Assembly: GCA_037445065.1 (NCBI GenBank)
Contig: JBBILD010000013.1
Coordinates: 1-64,000 of the forward strand
DNA length: 64,000 nucleotides
Direction of reading: 5' to 3'
Origin: Myxococcales bacterium
Lineage (GTDB): Bacteria > Desulfobacterota > Binatia > HRBIN30
Below, piece after piece: positions 39,104 to 48,264 of this stretch (its first letter is position 1; each line of letters begins with the position of its first letter). A model generated the notes under the pieces. That model had not been told where the DNA came from. It worked only from the letters and a program-made list of their open reading frames with translations, and searched no databases. Made by a program: the position numbers and the translations under genes.

Positions 39104-39454
39104 ATGGCCCGCTGGGGTTGGCTCCTCTGCTTGCTCGCGCTGATCGGCTTTTTGCCGATCGAGGGCGCGTTTGCCTGCAGCAAGAGCCGTTGCCCCGAGA
39201 AAAGCGTCCAGCAGCACAAGTGTTGTGAATCCCAGCAGCGCTGGGAAGCGCTTTCTTGCTGTTGCACCACGTCGGTCCCAGCCCCCACCCGAGCGAATCA
39301 CCCGCTGCCCGAGCGCAGCGCAACTTCTGTCGCTCTTCCAGCGGCGGCGGTGGCGGAGGCAGTGGCAAGCGCGCTGTGTGGCGCCCGCCTGAATCCGCCA
39401 GCTCGGGTTTCGAGCACCTCTCCGATTCAGCTGCGGGTCCGTCTCCTCCTTTGA
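39104..39454 (+). CDS. Small Cys-rich exported protein upstream of metal efflux operon
   Basis: Signal peptide plus HKCC / SCCC clusters and a C-terminal PPAR...RLLL tail. Confidence 0.5.
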   Translation: MARWGWLLCLLALIGFLPIEGAFACSKSRCPEKSVQQHKCCESQQRWEALSCCCTTSVPAPTRANHPLPERSATSVALPAAAVAEAVASALCGARLNPPARVSSTSPIQLRVRLLL

Positions 39455-39540
39455 GGGAGGGGTGTGCCCGGCGTCCGCCGGGTGCACGTCCGTTTCCGCC
39501 CTGACCGGGGCACCGATCCCACCAACGAGGAGGAGAAATC

Positions 39541-40902
39541 ATGGCCGCAGTGCCGAATCGGCTGCTGCTTGCAGCCACAGGATTGTTGCTTTCCGGCTGC
39601 GCATTGTTGCCGCCGGGGTTCGAACAAGAAGTCGCACGCCAGCAGGAGTTCGCTGTTCCCAGCGAGCCGCCAGCCGCTCCTTTACCGGACGAAACCCCGG
39701 TGGGCTGGCAAGACCTCGTTCGCGTAGCATGGGAGCGCAACGGCATGGTGGCTGCCGCCTACCACGAGTGGCAAGCTGCGCTGGCGCGGGTGAGAGTGGC
39801 AGCCTCCTACCCGAACACCAACGTACACCTGGGGGTGGATTACCGGGTCGGCAGCGGCGGTGATGCGGCCGCGCGCACCGGCATCTCGCTCGGCAACGAC
39901 CCGATGACCAACCTGGCACTGCCCGTAAAAGTGTCCGCTGCCGCAAAGGCCCAACTCGCGGAGGCGCGCGCCGCCGGGGAGCGCTACCGCGCTCGCCGCC
40001 TCGCCGTTCAAGAAGAGGTGCTGCGCCAGTACTTCGCGTGGGCAGGCAAAGAGCGGTTGCGCCAGCTCGAAGAGGAGCGCCTGCACTGGCTCGATCTCGC
40101 CCTTGCCAGTACCCGCGCTCGTTATGCAGCCGCGCGCGAGGTGCGGCAAGCCGAGTTGGCACGAGCGGAAAGCGAGCGAGCCGCCGCAGAGGATCGTGCG
40201 CGGCGCTACCAAGCCGAGGCAGCCGCCATCCAACACGAACTGAACGCGCTGGTCGGCCGCTCGCCATCCGCTCCCCTTGCCCAGCCCCCCGCCCTTCCCG
40301 CCCGCAGGCAATCGTTACCCGCCGAGCAACTCGTGGCTCTGGTCCGCCCTACCAGTCCCAGCATTCACGAGCGGCAAGAGGAAATGAGCGCGCGAAGCGA
40401 GTCGCTGCGCTGGGCCAAGTTGCAGTTTTTGCCCGACTTCAACCCGATGGCGGCGCTGAGCGGACAAGGCTTCGAAGCCGTCGGCGGCGCGCTCGTGCTG
40501 CCGTTGACGTGGCGCCGGCTGGCGGGCGCAGTGCAGGAAGCCGAGGCGCTGCTCGCGCAAAGCCGGCAGTTGCTCTTGCAGGAAGAGCGCGACCGCCACG
40601 CGCAAGCTGTTGCAACGGCTCGACTGCTCGCCGACACCCAACGGCAGGCAGCCCTCTGGCAAGACACCCTGCGCTCACTGGCAACCATCGCCGCCAGAAG
40701 CGCGGAGGCCGAGTACCGAGCGGGGCGCGCGCCGCTTTCTGCTTGGGCGGAAGCGGAGGAGCGGAGACTCGCGGTCGAGCAGACCATCGTCGAGCTGGCT
40801 GTGCTCGAAGAAACGCTGTGGGCACGGTTGGAGAGCCTGGCCGGGGTCGAGGCACTGCCCCAAGCCTCGGACGTCGAGGAGGAGAGCCATGTGGCTTCCT
40901 AA
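39541..40902 (+). CDS. cusC: TolC/CusC-family outer membrane efflux protein
   Basis: LSGC lipobox, two helical OEP repeats, first gene of the RND triad. Confidence 0.8.
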   Translation: MAAVPNRLLLAATGLLLSGCALLPPGFEQEVARQQEFAVPSEPPAAPLPDETPVGWQDLVRVAWERNGMVAAAYHEWQAALARVRVAASYPNTNVHLGVDYRVGSGGDAAARTGISLGNDPMTNLALPVKVSAAAKAQLAEARAAGERYRARRLAVQEEVLRQYFAWAGKERLRQLEEERLHWLDLALASTRARYAAAREVRQAELARAESERAAAEDRARRYQAEAAAIQHELNALVGRSPSAPLAQPPALPARRQSLPAEQLVALVRPTSPSIHERQEEMSARSESLRWAKLQFLPDFNPMAALSGQGFEAVGGALVLPLTWRRLAGAVQEAEALLAQSRQLLLQEERDRHAQAVATARLLADTQRQAALWQDTLRSLATIAARSAEAEYRAGRAPLSAWAEAEERRLAVEQTIVELAVLEETLWARLESLAGVEALPQASDVEEESHVAS

Positions 40903-42349
40903 ACCCCAGGGCGTACGCTCGCATTGGCGGGGGAGAAAGCGGCCAGGGCAGCCTGGGCAGCGCTGCTTGTACTGGATCGTGCTGGTCTGCGCGCTGGTGG
41001 CCTGTGCACTCGTGCTCTCGGCCGCTGCGGCCTGCAGTGCCCTCGCCCAAGAGGGCGCTACGGGGGCAGCCGAACGCACCCTGTACACTTGCGCCATGCA
41101 CCCGCAAGTCGTCCGCGACCAGCCCGGCCCTTGCCCGATTTGCGGGATGGAACTGACCCCACTGCCCGCGCAGCGCGTGCGGCAAGCCGCCGAGACAAAG
41201 AGCGAGCGCAAAGTGAAGTACTGGTGGGACCCGATGATGAACCCACCCTATATTTCCGATCGGCCGGGGAAGAGCCCCATGGGGATGGACCTCGTCCCGG
41301 TGTACGAAGACGAAGTCGTCTCCAATGAGGCGATCACCATAGACCCGCGCACCCGGCAGAACATGGGGGTGCGCACCGCTGCGGTCCTACGCGGGCCACT
41401 GCGCAAAACTGTGCGCGCCTACGCGCAAGTGCGCGAGCCCGAGGGGTCACGTCTGGACGTGGCCCTGCGAGTCTCTGGCTGGATCGAGCGGCTTTATGCC
41501 GACACGGAGGGTATGGAACTCGCGCCCGGGCAACCTTTGTTCGAGCTGTTCAGCCCCGAGCTGCAATCCGCAATCGAGGAGTGGATCGCCCTACAACCCA
41601 AAACCGGCATTCCACCCCACGCCAGCGAACTGCTCGCGGCGACGCGCCGCAAACTCCTGCAACTCGGATTGGATACGGATCAAATTGACGCCTTGGCCAA
41701 GTTGCCGCGGTCGCCGCATACGGTCACTTTTCGCAGCCCTGGTCACTTGCACGTGGTGGAGCGACGCGTGTTCGAAGGCGCCTATGTGAACGCAGGGGAG
41801 ACCGTGCTCCGCCTGGGCAGCCGCCAGCGCCTCTGGGTGGATGCGCGAATTTACGAGCAGGATCTGCCCTACGTGCGCGAGGGGCAAGAGGCGGAGGTGG
41901 AGTTCATCGCTCTACCGGGCGAAGTCGTGCGTGGCCATGTCTCATTCCTTCATCCCCATTTCGAAGGTCCGTCGCGAACAGGCATCGCGCGCATCGAGGT
42001 AGACAACCCGCAACACCGGCTGCGTGAAGGGATGTATGCCACGGTGCGCATCGTTCGCGAGCTCGTTCCCGAGACCACCCTGGTGCCACGCGAGGCGATC
42101 ATTGATAGCGGCGTACGCAAGGTGGCGTTCGTGGATTTGGGGGACGGCCACTTCGAGCCGCGCCAGGTGGAGATCGGCGAGGCCGGAGAAGACGGATGGG
42201 TCAGTGTTCGCCGTGGGCTTGCCCCGGGCGAGCGCGTGGTCGTGAGCGGCCAGTTCTTGCTCGACGTAGAAAGCCGGCTGCGTGAGGCAGCCCGCAAGTT
42301 CTTACCAGCGGAAGGTGCCGGAGGCGGCCATGGTGCGCACAGTCATTGA
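40889..42349 (+). CDS. cusB: CusB-family periplasmic adaptor with heavy-metal-binding domains
   Basis: YTCAMHP..PGPCPICGMEL, YWWDPM..PGKSPMGMDLVP, GWIERLY, SGQFLLDVES, His-rich tail. Confidence 0.92.
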   Translation: MWLPKPQGVRSHWRGRKRPGQPGQRCLYWIVLVCALVACALVLSAAAACSALAQEGATGAAERTLYTCAMHPQVVRDQPGPCPICGMELTPLPAQRVRQAAETKSERKVKYWWDPMMNPPYISDRPGKSPMGMDLVPVYEDEVVSNEAITIDPRTRQNMGVRTAAVLRGPLRKTVRAYAQVREPEGSRLDVALRVSGWIERLYADTEGMELAPGQPLFELFSPELQSAIEEWIALQPKTGIPPHASELLAATRRKLLQLGLDTDQIDALAKLPRSPHTVTFRSPGHLHVVERRVFEGAYVNAGETVLRLGSRQRLWVDARIYEQDLPYVREGQEAEVEFIALPGEVVRGHVSFLHPHFEGPSRTGIARIEVDNPQHRLREGMYATVRIVRELVPETTLVPREAIIDSGVRKVAFVDLGDGHFEPRQVEIGEAGEDGWVSVRRGLAPGERVVVSGQFLLDVESRLREAARKFLPAEGAGGGHGAHSH

Positions 42350-45300
42350 CCTGAGCTTGCGCAACCGCGGCTTGGTGGTGTTGCTGGTCGCGGCGCTGAC
42401 CCTGTTCGGCTTACAGGCCATGCGCTCGATCCGCCTCGACGCCATCCCGGACCTCTCCGATGTCCAAGTGATCGTGGTCACCGAGTTTGCGGGGCAAAAC
42501 CCCACCGTGGTGGATGACCAAATCACCTACCCCCTTGCCAGCGCTCTCCTCGTGGTGCCGAAAGCCACCACCGTGCGCGGCATCAGCATGTTCGGCCTGT
42601 CCTTCGTGTACGTGCTCTTCGAGGATGGCACCGACCTGTACTGGGCGCGCAGCCGCGTGCTCGAGTACTTGAACTACGCGCGCGACCGCCTGCCGCCTGG
42701 CGTGGAACCAAAACTGGGGCCAGACGCCACCGGCGTCGGCTGGGTTCTGCAGTACATCTTGTATCCCGGCTGGTACTGCGCATCGCACCCGCGCGGAATC
42801 TTCCGCGACCAAGAACGCGACCGCTGGTACGCGACCGAAGCCGACGCTCCTCCGAAGCGGCGGCGATTCCTCCAGCGCGTGCGTGCCTTCGAGGAGCCTG
42901 GGCTCTGCCCGCTCACGGGCGAGCCGCTCCTCCCTGCCGACCGCGATCTCTCTCAACTGCGCAGCCTGCAGGACTGGTTCTTGCGCTACCCTCTGGCCGC
43001 CGTGGAAGGCGTGAGCGAAGTCGCCTCCATCGGCGGTTACGTGCGCGAGTACCAGGTGGTCGTGCACCCGCATCGGCTGCACGCCTTTGGCATTCGCCTG
43101 AGCGAGGTCGTGGAGGCCATCCAACGCTCGAACAACGACGTCGGCGGCTCGGTGATCGAGCTTGCCGAGAACGAATACATGGTACGCAGCCGCGGCTACT
43201 TGCGCGGCTTGCAGGACCTGCGCGCCATTCCCGTCGGCCGCGACCCGCAGGGCCAACCGATCCTGCTTGAGCAAGTGGCCGAATTCGAGACCGTCGGCGA
43301 GACCCGACGCGGCGTCGGCGAGTTCAACGGCAAGGGAGAAGCCGTGGGAGGAGTGGTGGTGGCGCGTTTTGGAGAGAACGCGTATCAGGTGATTCAAGCG
43401 GTCAAGCAACGCCTGCGCGAATTGGAAGACAGCCTGCCACCGGGTGTTTTCTTCGTCATCACGTACGACCGCTCGGCTCTCATCGAACGCGCGGTCGGGA
43501 CACTGCGCCGCTCGTTGATCGAGGAAATGGCGGTGGTAGCAGTGGTGTGCTTCCTCCTCCTCCTCCACGTGCGCAGCACCTTGGTGGTGCTGTTCGTGCT
43601 TCCGCTCGGGCTGTTGGCCTCGCTGCTCGTGATGCAGCTCCTCGAGATCAACGCCAACATCATGAGCCTCGGCGGCCTGGCACTTGCGATTGGCGTGATG
43701 GTGGACTCCGCCATTGTGATGGTGGAGAACGCCAACGTCCACCTCGAGCGCGAAGCGGAGCGCGCCGAACAAGGGTTGCCGGTGCGCGAACGCCTAGAAG
43801 TCGTTCGCGAGGCCGTCAGCGAGGTTGGGCCCAGCCTGTTTTTTGCACTGCTCATCATCACCTTATCGTTCTTGCCGATCTTCGCGCTCGGCGGGCAGTC
43901 GGGGCGGCTGTTCGGACCCCTGGCCTACACGAAAACGTTCGCCATGGCTGCCGGCGCGTTGCTGAGCGTGACCTTGATTCCCGCGCTCCTCGGAGTGCTG
44001 GTGCGCGGTCGCATCCCGCGCGAGGAACGGAACCCGTTTTCCCGGCTGCTGGTACGCGTGTATGAGCCCGCCTTCTGGGCGGTGCTGCGCTGGCCGTGGG
44101 TTACGGTGGCCGTCGTGCTGCTCCTTGGAGTGTCCGCCTACTACCCGTGGAGCCGCTTGGGGGAGGAGTTCATGCCAGCGCTGGACGAAGGCGACCTTCT
44201 CTACATGCCGACCACCGATCCCAGCATCAGCGTGACCAAAGCGCGCGAGATTCTGCAACAAACCGACGCCTTGCTGGCGGCCTTTCCGGAGGTGCGGACC
44301 GTTCACGGCAAAATCGGGCGCGCAGAAACCGCTACCGACCCCGCACCACTGTCCATGATCGAAACCGTCGTGCAACTGCACACCGACCCAGGGCGCTGGC
44401 GCAAGCGCAAGCTATCTCATGTTTTCAGTTCTTGGCCAGACTGGCTCAAGTGGCCTCTGACACACACTTTCTGGCCCGAAGAGCGCCGCATTACCACAGA
44501 GGAACTGAAACTCGGCTGGGTGGACGCGGATGGGACCCGCCACCCGGGTCTGAACGAGGTGGTGCATTTCCCCGGACTCGCCAACTCCTGGCCTTATCCG
44601 ATCGAAAATCGAATCAACATGCTGACCACCGGCGTGAAGACTCCGGTCGGCGTGAAAATCTTTGGTGCGGACCTCGAAGTGCTGAACCGGCTTGCCGAAG
44701 AAACGGCAACTGTCTTGCAGCAACGGGTACCGGGAACTCTGAGCGCCTACCCGGAACGGGCCATCGGCGGCTACTACCTGGACATCGAGGTGCGCCGCGA
44801 CGAAGCTGCCCGCTACGGGCTCACCGTAGGCGCCGTGCAGGATGTGATCCAAACCGCGGTCGGGGGAAGGCGCGTCACCACTGCCATCGAAGGCCTCGAG
44901 CGCTATCCGGTGAGCGTTCGCTACCCGCGCGAACTGCGCGACGACCTTCCTGCCCTGCGCGACGTTCTGGTGGATCTCTCCCCGGAGGCTGCTGTTCCCC
45001 TCGGTCAGGTGGCCGACTTCCGCATCGTTCCGGGGCCGTCCATGATCCGTAGCGAGAACGCGCAACGCACCACCTGGGTGTACGTGGATATCGCCGGGCG
45101 CGATCTGGGCGGCTACGTGCGCGAGGCAAAACGGGTTGTGGACGAACTCGTTCCTCTCCCCCCTGGTTACACCCGAATGTGGTCGGGCCGCTTCGAGGAG
45201 CTGGAAAAGGCAAACCGCCGACTGCTGGTCATCGTGCCCCTCACTTTGCTGCTAGTGGTCTTCCTTCTGTACCTGGCCAACCGGAGTTGGACTCGCGTCG

Positions 45301-45740
45301 CCATTGTCCTGCTCGCCGTTCCCTTTAGCTTGGTGGGCTCCCTTTGGTTCCTGTGGGCACTCGACTACAACTTGAGCCTCGCGGTGTGGGTTGGGATCAT
45401 CGCCCTCCTGGGGCTCGACGCGGAAACCGGGCAGGTCATGCTCCTCTATCTGGATCAGGCTCTCGAACGGCACCGCCAAGCCGGGCTCTTGCGCACCCGC
45501 GCCGATCTCCTCGAGGCCATCCACGCAGGCGCCGTGCGCCGCATCCGACCCAAGTTCATGACGGTGGCGACCGCGTTTTTTGCCCTCCTGCCGCTATTGT
45601 GGGCCAGTGGCACGGGCGCGGAGGTCACGCGCCGCATCGTGGCGCCCATGATCGGTGGGATCGGGGTGAGCTTTGTGATGGAGCTGCTCGTCTATCCTGT
45701 CATCTTCTTCTTGCTCCACCGCAGGCACCTGCCCGCGTGA
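42330..45740 (+). CDS. cusA: CusA heavy-metal RND efflux pump
   Basis: DAIPDLSDVQVIV, LGPDATGVGWV, NIMSLGG.A.AIG.MVD, EFMP.LDEGDLLYMP, TDPAPLSMIET. Confidence 0.96.
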   Translation: MVRTVIDLSLRNRGLVVLLVAALTLFGLQAMRSIRLDAIPDLSDVQVIVVTEFAGQNPTVVDDQITYPLASALLVVPKATTVRGISMFGLSFVYVLFEDGTDLYWARSRVLEYLNYARDRLPPGVEPKLGPDATGVGWVLQYILYPGWYCASHPRGIFRDQERDRWYATEADAPPKRRRFLQRVRAFEEPGLCPLTGEPLLPADRDLSQLRSLQDWFLRYPLAAVEGVSEVASIGGYVREYQVVVHPHRLHAFGIRLSEVVEAIQRSNNDVGGSVIELAENEYMVRSRGYLRGLQDLRAIPVGRDPQGQPILLEQVAEFETVGETRRGVGEFNGKGEAVGGVVVARFGENAYQVIQAVKQRLRELEDSLPPGVFFVITYDRSALIERAVGTLRRSLIEEMAVVAVVCFLLLLHVRSTLVVLFVLPLGLLASLLVMQLLEINANIMSLGGLALAIGVMVDSAIVMVENANVHLEREAERAEQGLPVRERLEVVREAVSEVGPSLFFALLIITLSFLPIFALGGQSGRLFGPLAYTKTFAMAAGALLSVTLIPALLGVLVRGRIPREERNPFSRLLVRVYEPAFWAVLRWPWVTVAVVLLLGVSAYYPWSRLGEEFMPALDEGDLLYMPTTDPSISVTKAREILQQTDALLAAFPEVRTVHGKIGRAETATDPAPLSMIETVVQLHTDPGRWRKRKLSHVFSSWPDWLKWPLTHTFWPEERRITTEELKLGWVDADGTRHPGLNEVVHFPGLANSWPYPIENRINMLTTGVKTPVGVKIFGADLEVLNRLAEETATVLQQRVPGTLSAYPERAIGGYYLDIEVRRDEAARYGLTVGAVQDVIQTAVGGRRVTTAIEGLERYPVSVRYPRELRDDLPALRDVLVDLSPEAAVPLGQVADFRIVPGPSMIRSENAQRTTWVYVDIAGRDLGGYVREAKRVVDELVPLPPGYTRMWSGRFEELEKANRRLLVIVPLTLLLVVFLLYLANRSWTRVAIVLLAVPFSLVGSLWFLWALDYNLSLAVWVGIIALLGLDAETGQVMLLYLDQALERHRQAGLLRTRADLLEAIHAGAVRRIRPKFMTVATAFFALLPLLWASGTGAEVTRRIVAPMIGGIGVSFVMELLVYPVIFFLLHRRHLPA

Positions 45741-45794
45741 GGCATTCGCCAATGTTTGCTGGCAATAGTACGCTCGTCCGAGCGAGGAGGACCC

Positions 45795-48248
45795 ATGGAA
45801 GCCAGGCGGATCAACCCTGACCTGTGGCGCGGGGTGGACCCCGTGTGCGGCATGCAGGTCGATCCTGACCACCCCAAGGGCGGCACGTACGAATGGGAGG
45901 GGGGCCGTTTCGGGTTTTGCAACCCGCGCTGCCGCGAGAAGTTCGCTGCCGCGCCTGAGGCGTATCTGTTCACCCGCGACCCGGTGTGCGGCATGAAAGT
46001 GCCATTGCGCGGGTCGGCTGGCGGGAGCTTGCAGCACGAGGGCCAAACGTACGCCTTCTGCAGCGATCGCTGCCGGCAGCAATTCGAGTCCTCTCCACCT
46101 CGCCCGCCCGCGCCAGAGTCCACCGAGTACACCTGCCCCATGCATCCGGAGGTCCGCCAAGTGGGGCCAGGCAGTTGCCCGCTCTGCGGCATGGCGCTCG
46201 AGCCCGTGGATGTCACGGCAAGCGAGGAAAACCCGGAGCTGCGCGACCTGCGCTGGCGGCTGTGGCTCGGTGTGCTGTTCACTGTGCCTCTTCTCGCGTT
46301 GGCCATGGGTCCCATGCTGCCCGGGCTGCAACTTTTCCATGCGGTGCCGGAACAGGTGCGCAACATCGCGCAGCTCCTGCTCGCAACTCCGGTGGTGTGG
46401 GTATCGGGCTGGGTGTTTCTGCAGCGCGCTTACCAGTCGGTGCAGTTGCGCAGTCCGAACATGTTCACGTTGATCGGCTTGGGGGTCATGGCGGCGTGGG
46501 GCTACAGCGTGGTGGCTGCGCTCTTTCCTTCCGTTTTGCCGGAGCAGGCGCTCGCCAACGGGCATGTGCCGGTCTACTTCGAAGCCGCGGCGGCCATTGT
46601 GGTCTTGGTCCTCGCCGGGCAAGTCCTCGAACTCCGGGCTCGCCAGCGCACGGGCGCGGCGGTGCGCGCCTTGCTCTCGCTCGTACCTCCGAGCGTGGTC
46701 CGCATCGAGGCGGACGGCAGCGAGCGCGCCGTCCCCGTGGCTGTGCTGCGGCCCGGCGATCGCGTGCGGGTGCGAGCCGGGGAAAGCATCCCGGTGGACG
46801 GCGTGGTTGTGGAAGGTCAAAGTGCGGTGAACGAATCGCTGCTCACCGGCGAGTCCATGCCGGTTACCAAAGCCCCTGGGGATCCGGTGACCGCAGGAAC
46901 GATCAACACCAACGGCTCGATCATCATGCGCGCCGAGCGGGTGGGAGCGGACACGGTGCTGGCCCAGATGATCCGCTTCGTTCAAGAGGCGCAACGGAGC
47001 CGGGTTCCCATGCAGAGGCTGGTAGACCGCGTGGCGGCGGTGTTCGTCATCGCAGTGGTGGTGGTGGCCGCGGCGACCTTCGTGGCTTGGTTGGTGTGGG
47101 GACCGCCACCGCAACTCGCCTATGCGCTCGTGAATTCCGTTGCCGTCCTGATCATCGCCTGCCCGTGCGCCCTCGGTTTGGCCACTCCGATGTCGGTCAT
47201 GGTTGCCACTGGGCGAGCCGCGCAACTCGGCATTCTCGTGCGTGATGCCCAGGCGCTCGAGCGCATGGAGCAAGTGAACGTGGTGCTGGTGGACAAAACC
47301 GGAACCATCACCGAAGGCCAACCCGAGGTGTTACGGGTCCGGCTCCTCGAAGGCTTCACCGAGCCCGAAGTCCTGCGCATGGCGGCCAGCTTGGAAAAAG
47401 CAAGTTCGCACCCGCTGGCCGCAGCGATTTTGCGCAAAGCGCAAAGTTACCACCTTCCTCTGGCTCCACCCTCGCAAGTGGAAGAGTTTCCAGGATCCGG
47501 CGTGGCGGGCACTGTGGAAGGAGCGCAGGTGGTGGTGGGCACTGTGCCCCTCCTCCGCAACCTCGGGATTCCTGCTTGCGAGGCGCTTTGGGAAAGCTCC
47601 GAGGAGCTGCGCCGGGCTGGCTACACCGTCGCTGTCGTTGCGCTGGGAGGCCGGCCCGCAGCGCTGCTCGCCATCGCCGACCCCATCCGGCCGAGCGCAC
47701 GCGAGGCGGTCACGGCGCTGCGCAAGGACGGTGTGCTGGTGGTGATGGTCACCGGGGACAATCCGTACGTGGCGCAAGCCGTGGCGGAGCAAGTCGGCAT
47801 CATCGCTTGGCTCTGCGAAGTGAAGCCGGAGGACAAGGCAGACTGGGTCCGCCGCTACCGCGACCAGCACAAGATCGTGGCCATGGTGGGCGACGGCATC
47901 AACGACGCACCGGCACTGGCCACCGCGCATGTAGGGATCGCGGTTGCCAGCGGAACCGACATTGCCAAAGTGACCGCGGCGGTCACGCTCCTCCACAGCG
48001 ATTTGCGCGGAGTGGTTCGGCTCCGGGAGCTGAGCAAAGCGACCATGCGCAACATCCGGCAAAATCTCTTCCTGGCCTTTGGCTACAACGCCCTGGCCAT
48101 CCCGATCGCGGCAGGCGTGTTGTATCCGGATTTTGGGCTCCTGCTGAATCCGATGATTGCCGCTGCGGCGATGAGCTTGAGCTCGGTGTCGGTGGTCAGC
48201 AACGCCTTGCGCCTGCAACGCGTGCGCCTCTCGTTCCGCCGCGAGTGA
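45795..48248 (+). CDS. copA: Cu(I)-translocating P1B-type ATPase with two YHS/TRASH domains and HMBD
   Basis: DPVCGM twice, YTCPMHP, TGES, CPCALGLATP, DKTGT, GDGINDAP, YN and MSLSS TM motifs. Confidence 0.95.
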   Translation: MEARRINPDLWRGVDPVCGMQVDPDHPKGGTYEWEGGRFGFCNPRCREKFAAAPEAYLFTRDPVCGMKVPLRGSAGGSLQHEGQTYAFCSDRCRQQFESSPPRPPAPESTEYTCPMHPEVRQVGPGSCPLCGMALEPVDVTASEENPELRDLRWRLWLGVLFTVPLLALAMGPMLPGLQLFHAVPEQVRNIAQLLLATPVVWVSGWVFLQRAYQSVQLRSPNMFTLIGLGVMAAWGYSVVAALFPSVLPEQALANGHVPVYFEAAAAIVVLVLAGQVLELRARQRTGAAVRALLSLVPPSVVRIEADGSERAVPVAVLRPGDRVRVRAGESIPVDGVVVEGQSAVNESLLTGESMPVTKAPGDPVTAGTINTNGSIIMRAERVGADTVLAQMIRFVQEAQRSRVPMQRLVDRVAAVFVIAVVVVAAATFVAWLVWGPPPQLAYALVNSVAVLIIACPCALGLATPMSVMVATGRAAQLGILVRDAQALERMEQVNVVLVDKTGTITEGQPEVLRVRLLEGFTEPEVLRMAASLEKASSHPLAAAILRKAQSYHLPLAPPSQVEEFPGSGVAGTVEGAQVVVGTVPLLRNLGIPACEALWESSEELRRAGYTVAVVALGGRPAALLAIADPIRPSAREAVTALRKDGVLVVMVTGDNPYVAQAVAEQVGIIAWLCEVKPEDKADWVRRYRDQHKIVAMVGDGINDAPALATAHVGIAVASGTDIAKVTAAVTLLHSDLRGVVRLRELSKATMRNIRQNLFLAFGYNALAIPIAAGVLYPDFGLLLNPMIAAAAMSLSSVSVVSNALRLQRVRLSFRRE

Positions 48249-48264
48249 CGACCATGCTGCGCCC

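Noticed and set aside
45594..47321. Long antisense ORFs opposite copA (and similar ones opposite cusA, cas10, polX, secA and the helicase)
   Set aside because: These are typical high-GC shadow frames of well-supported genes.
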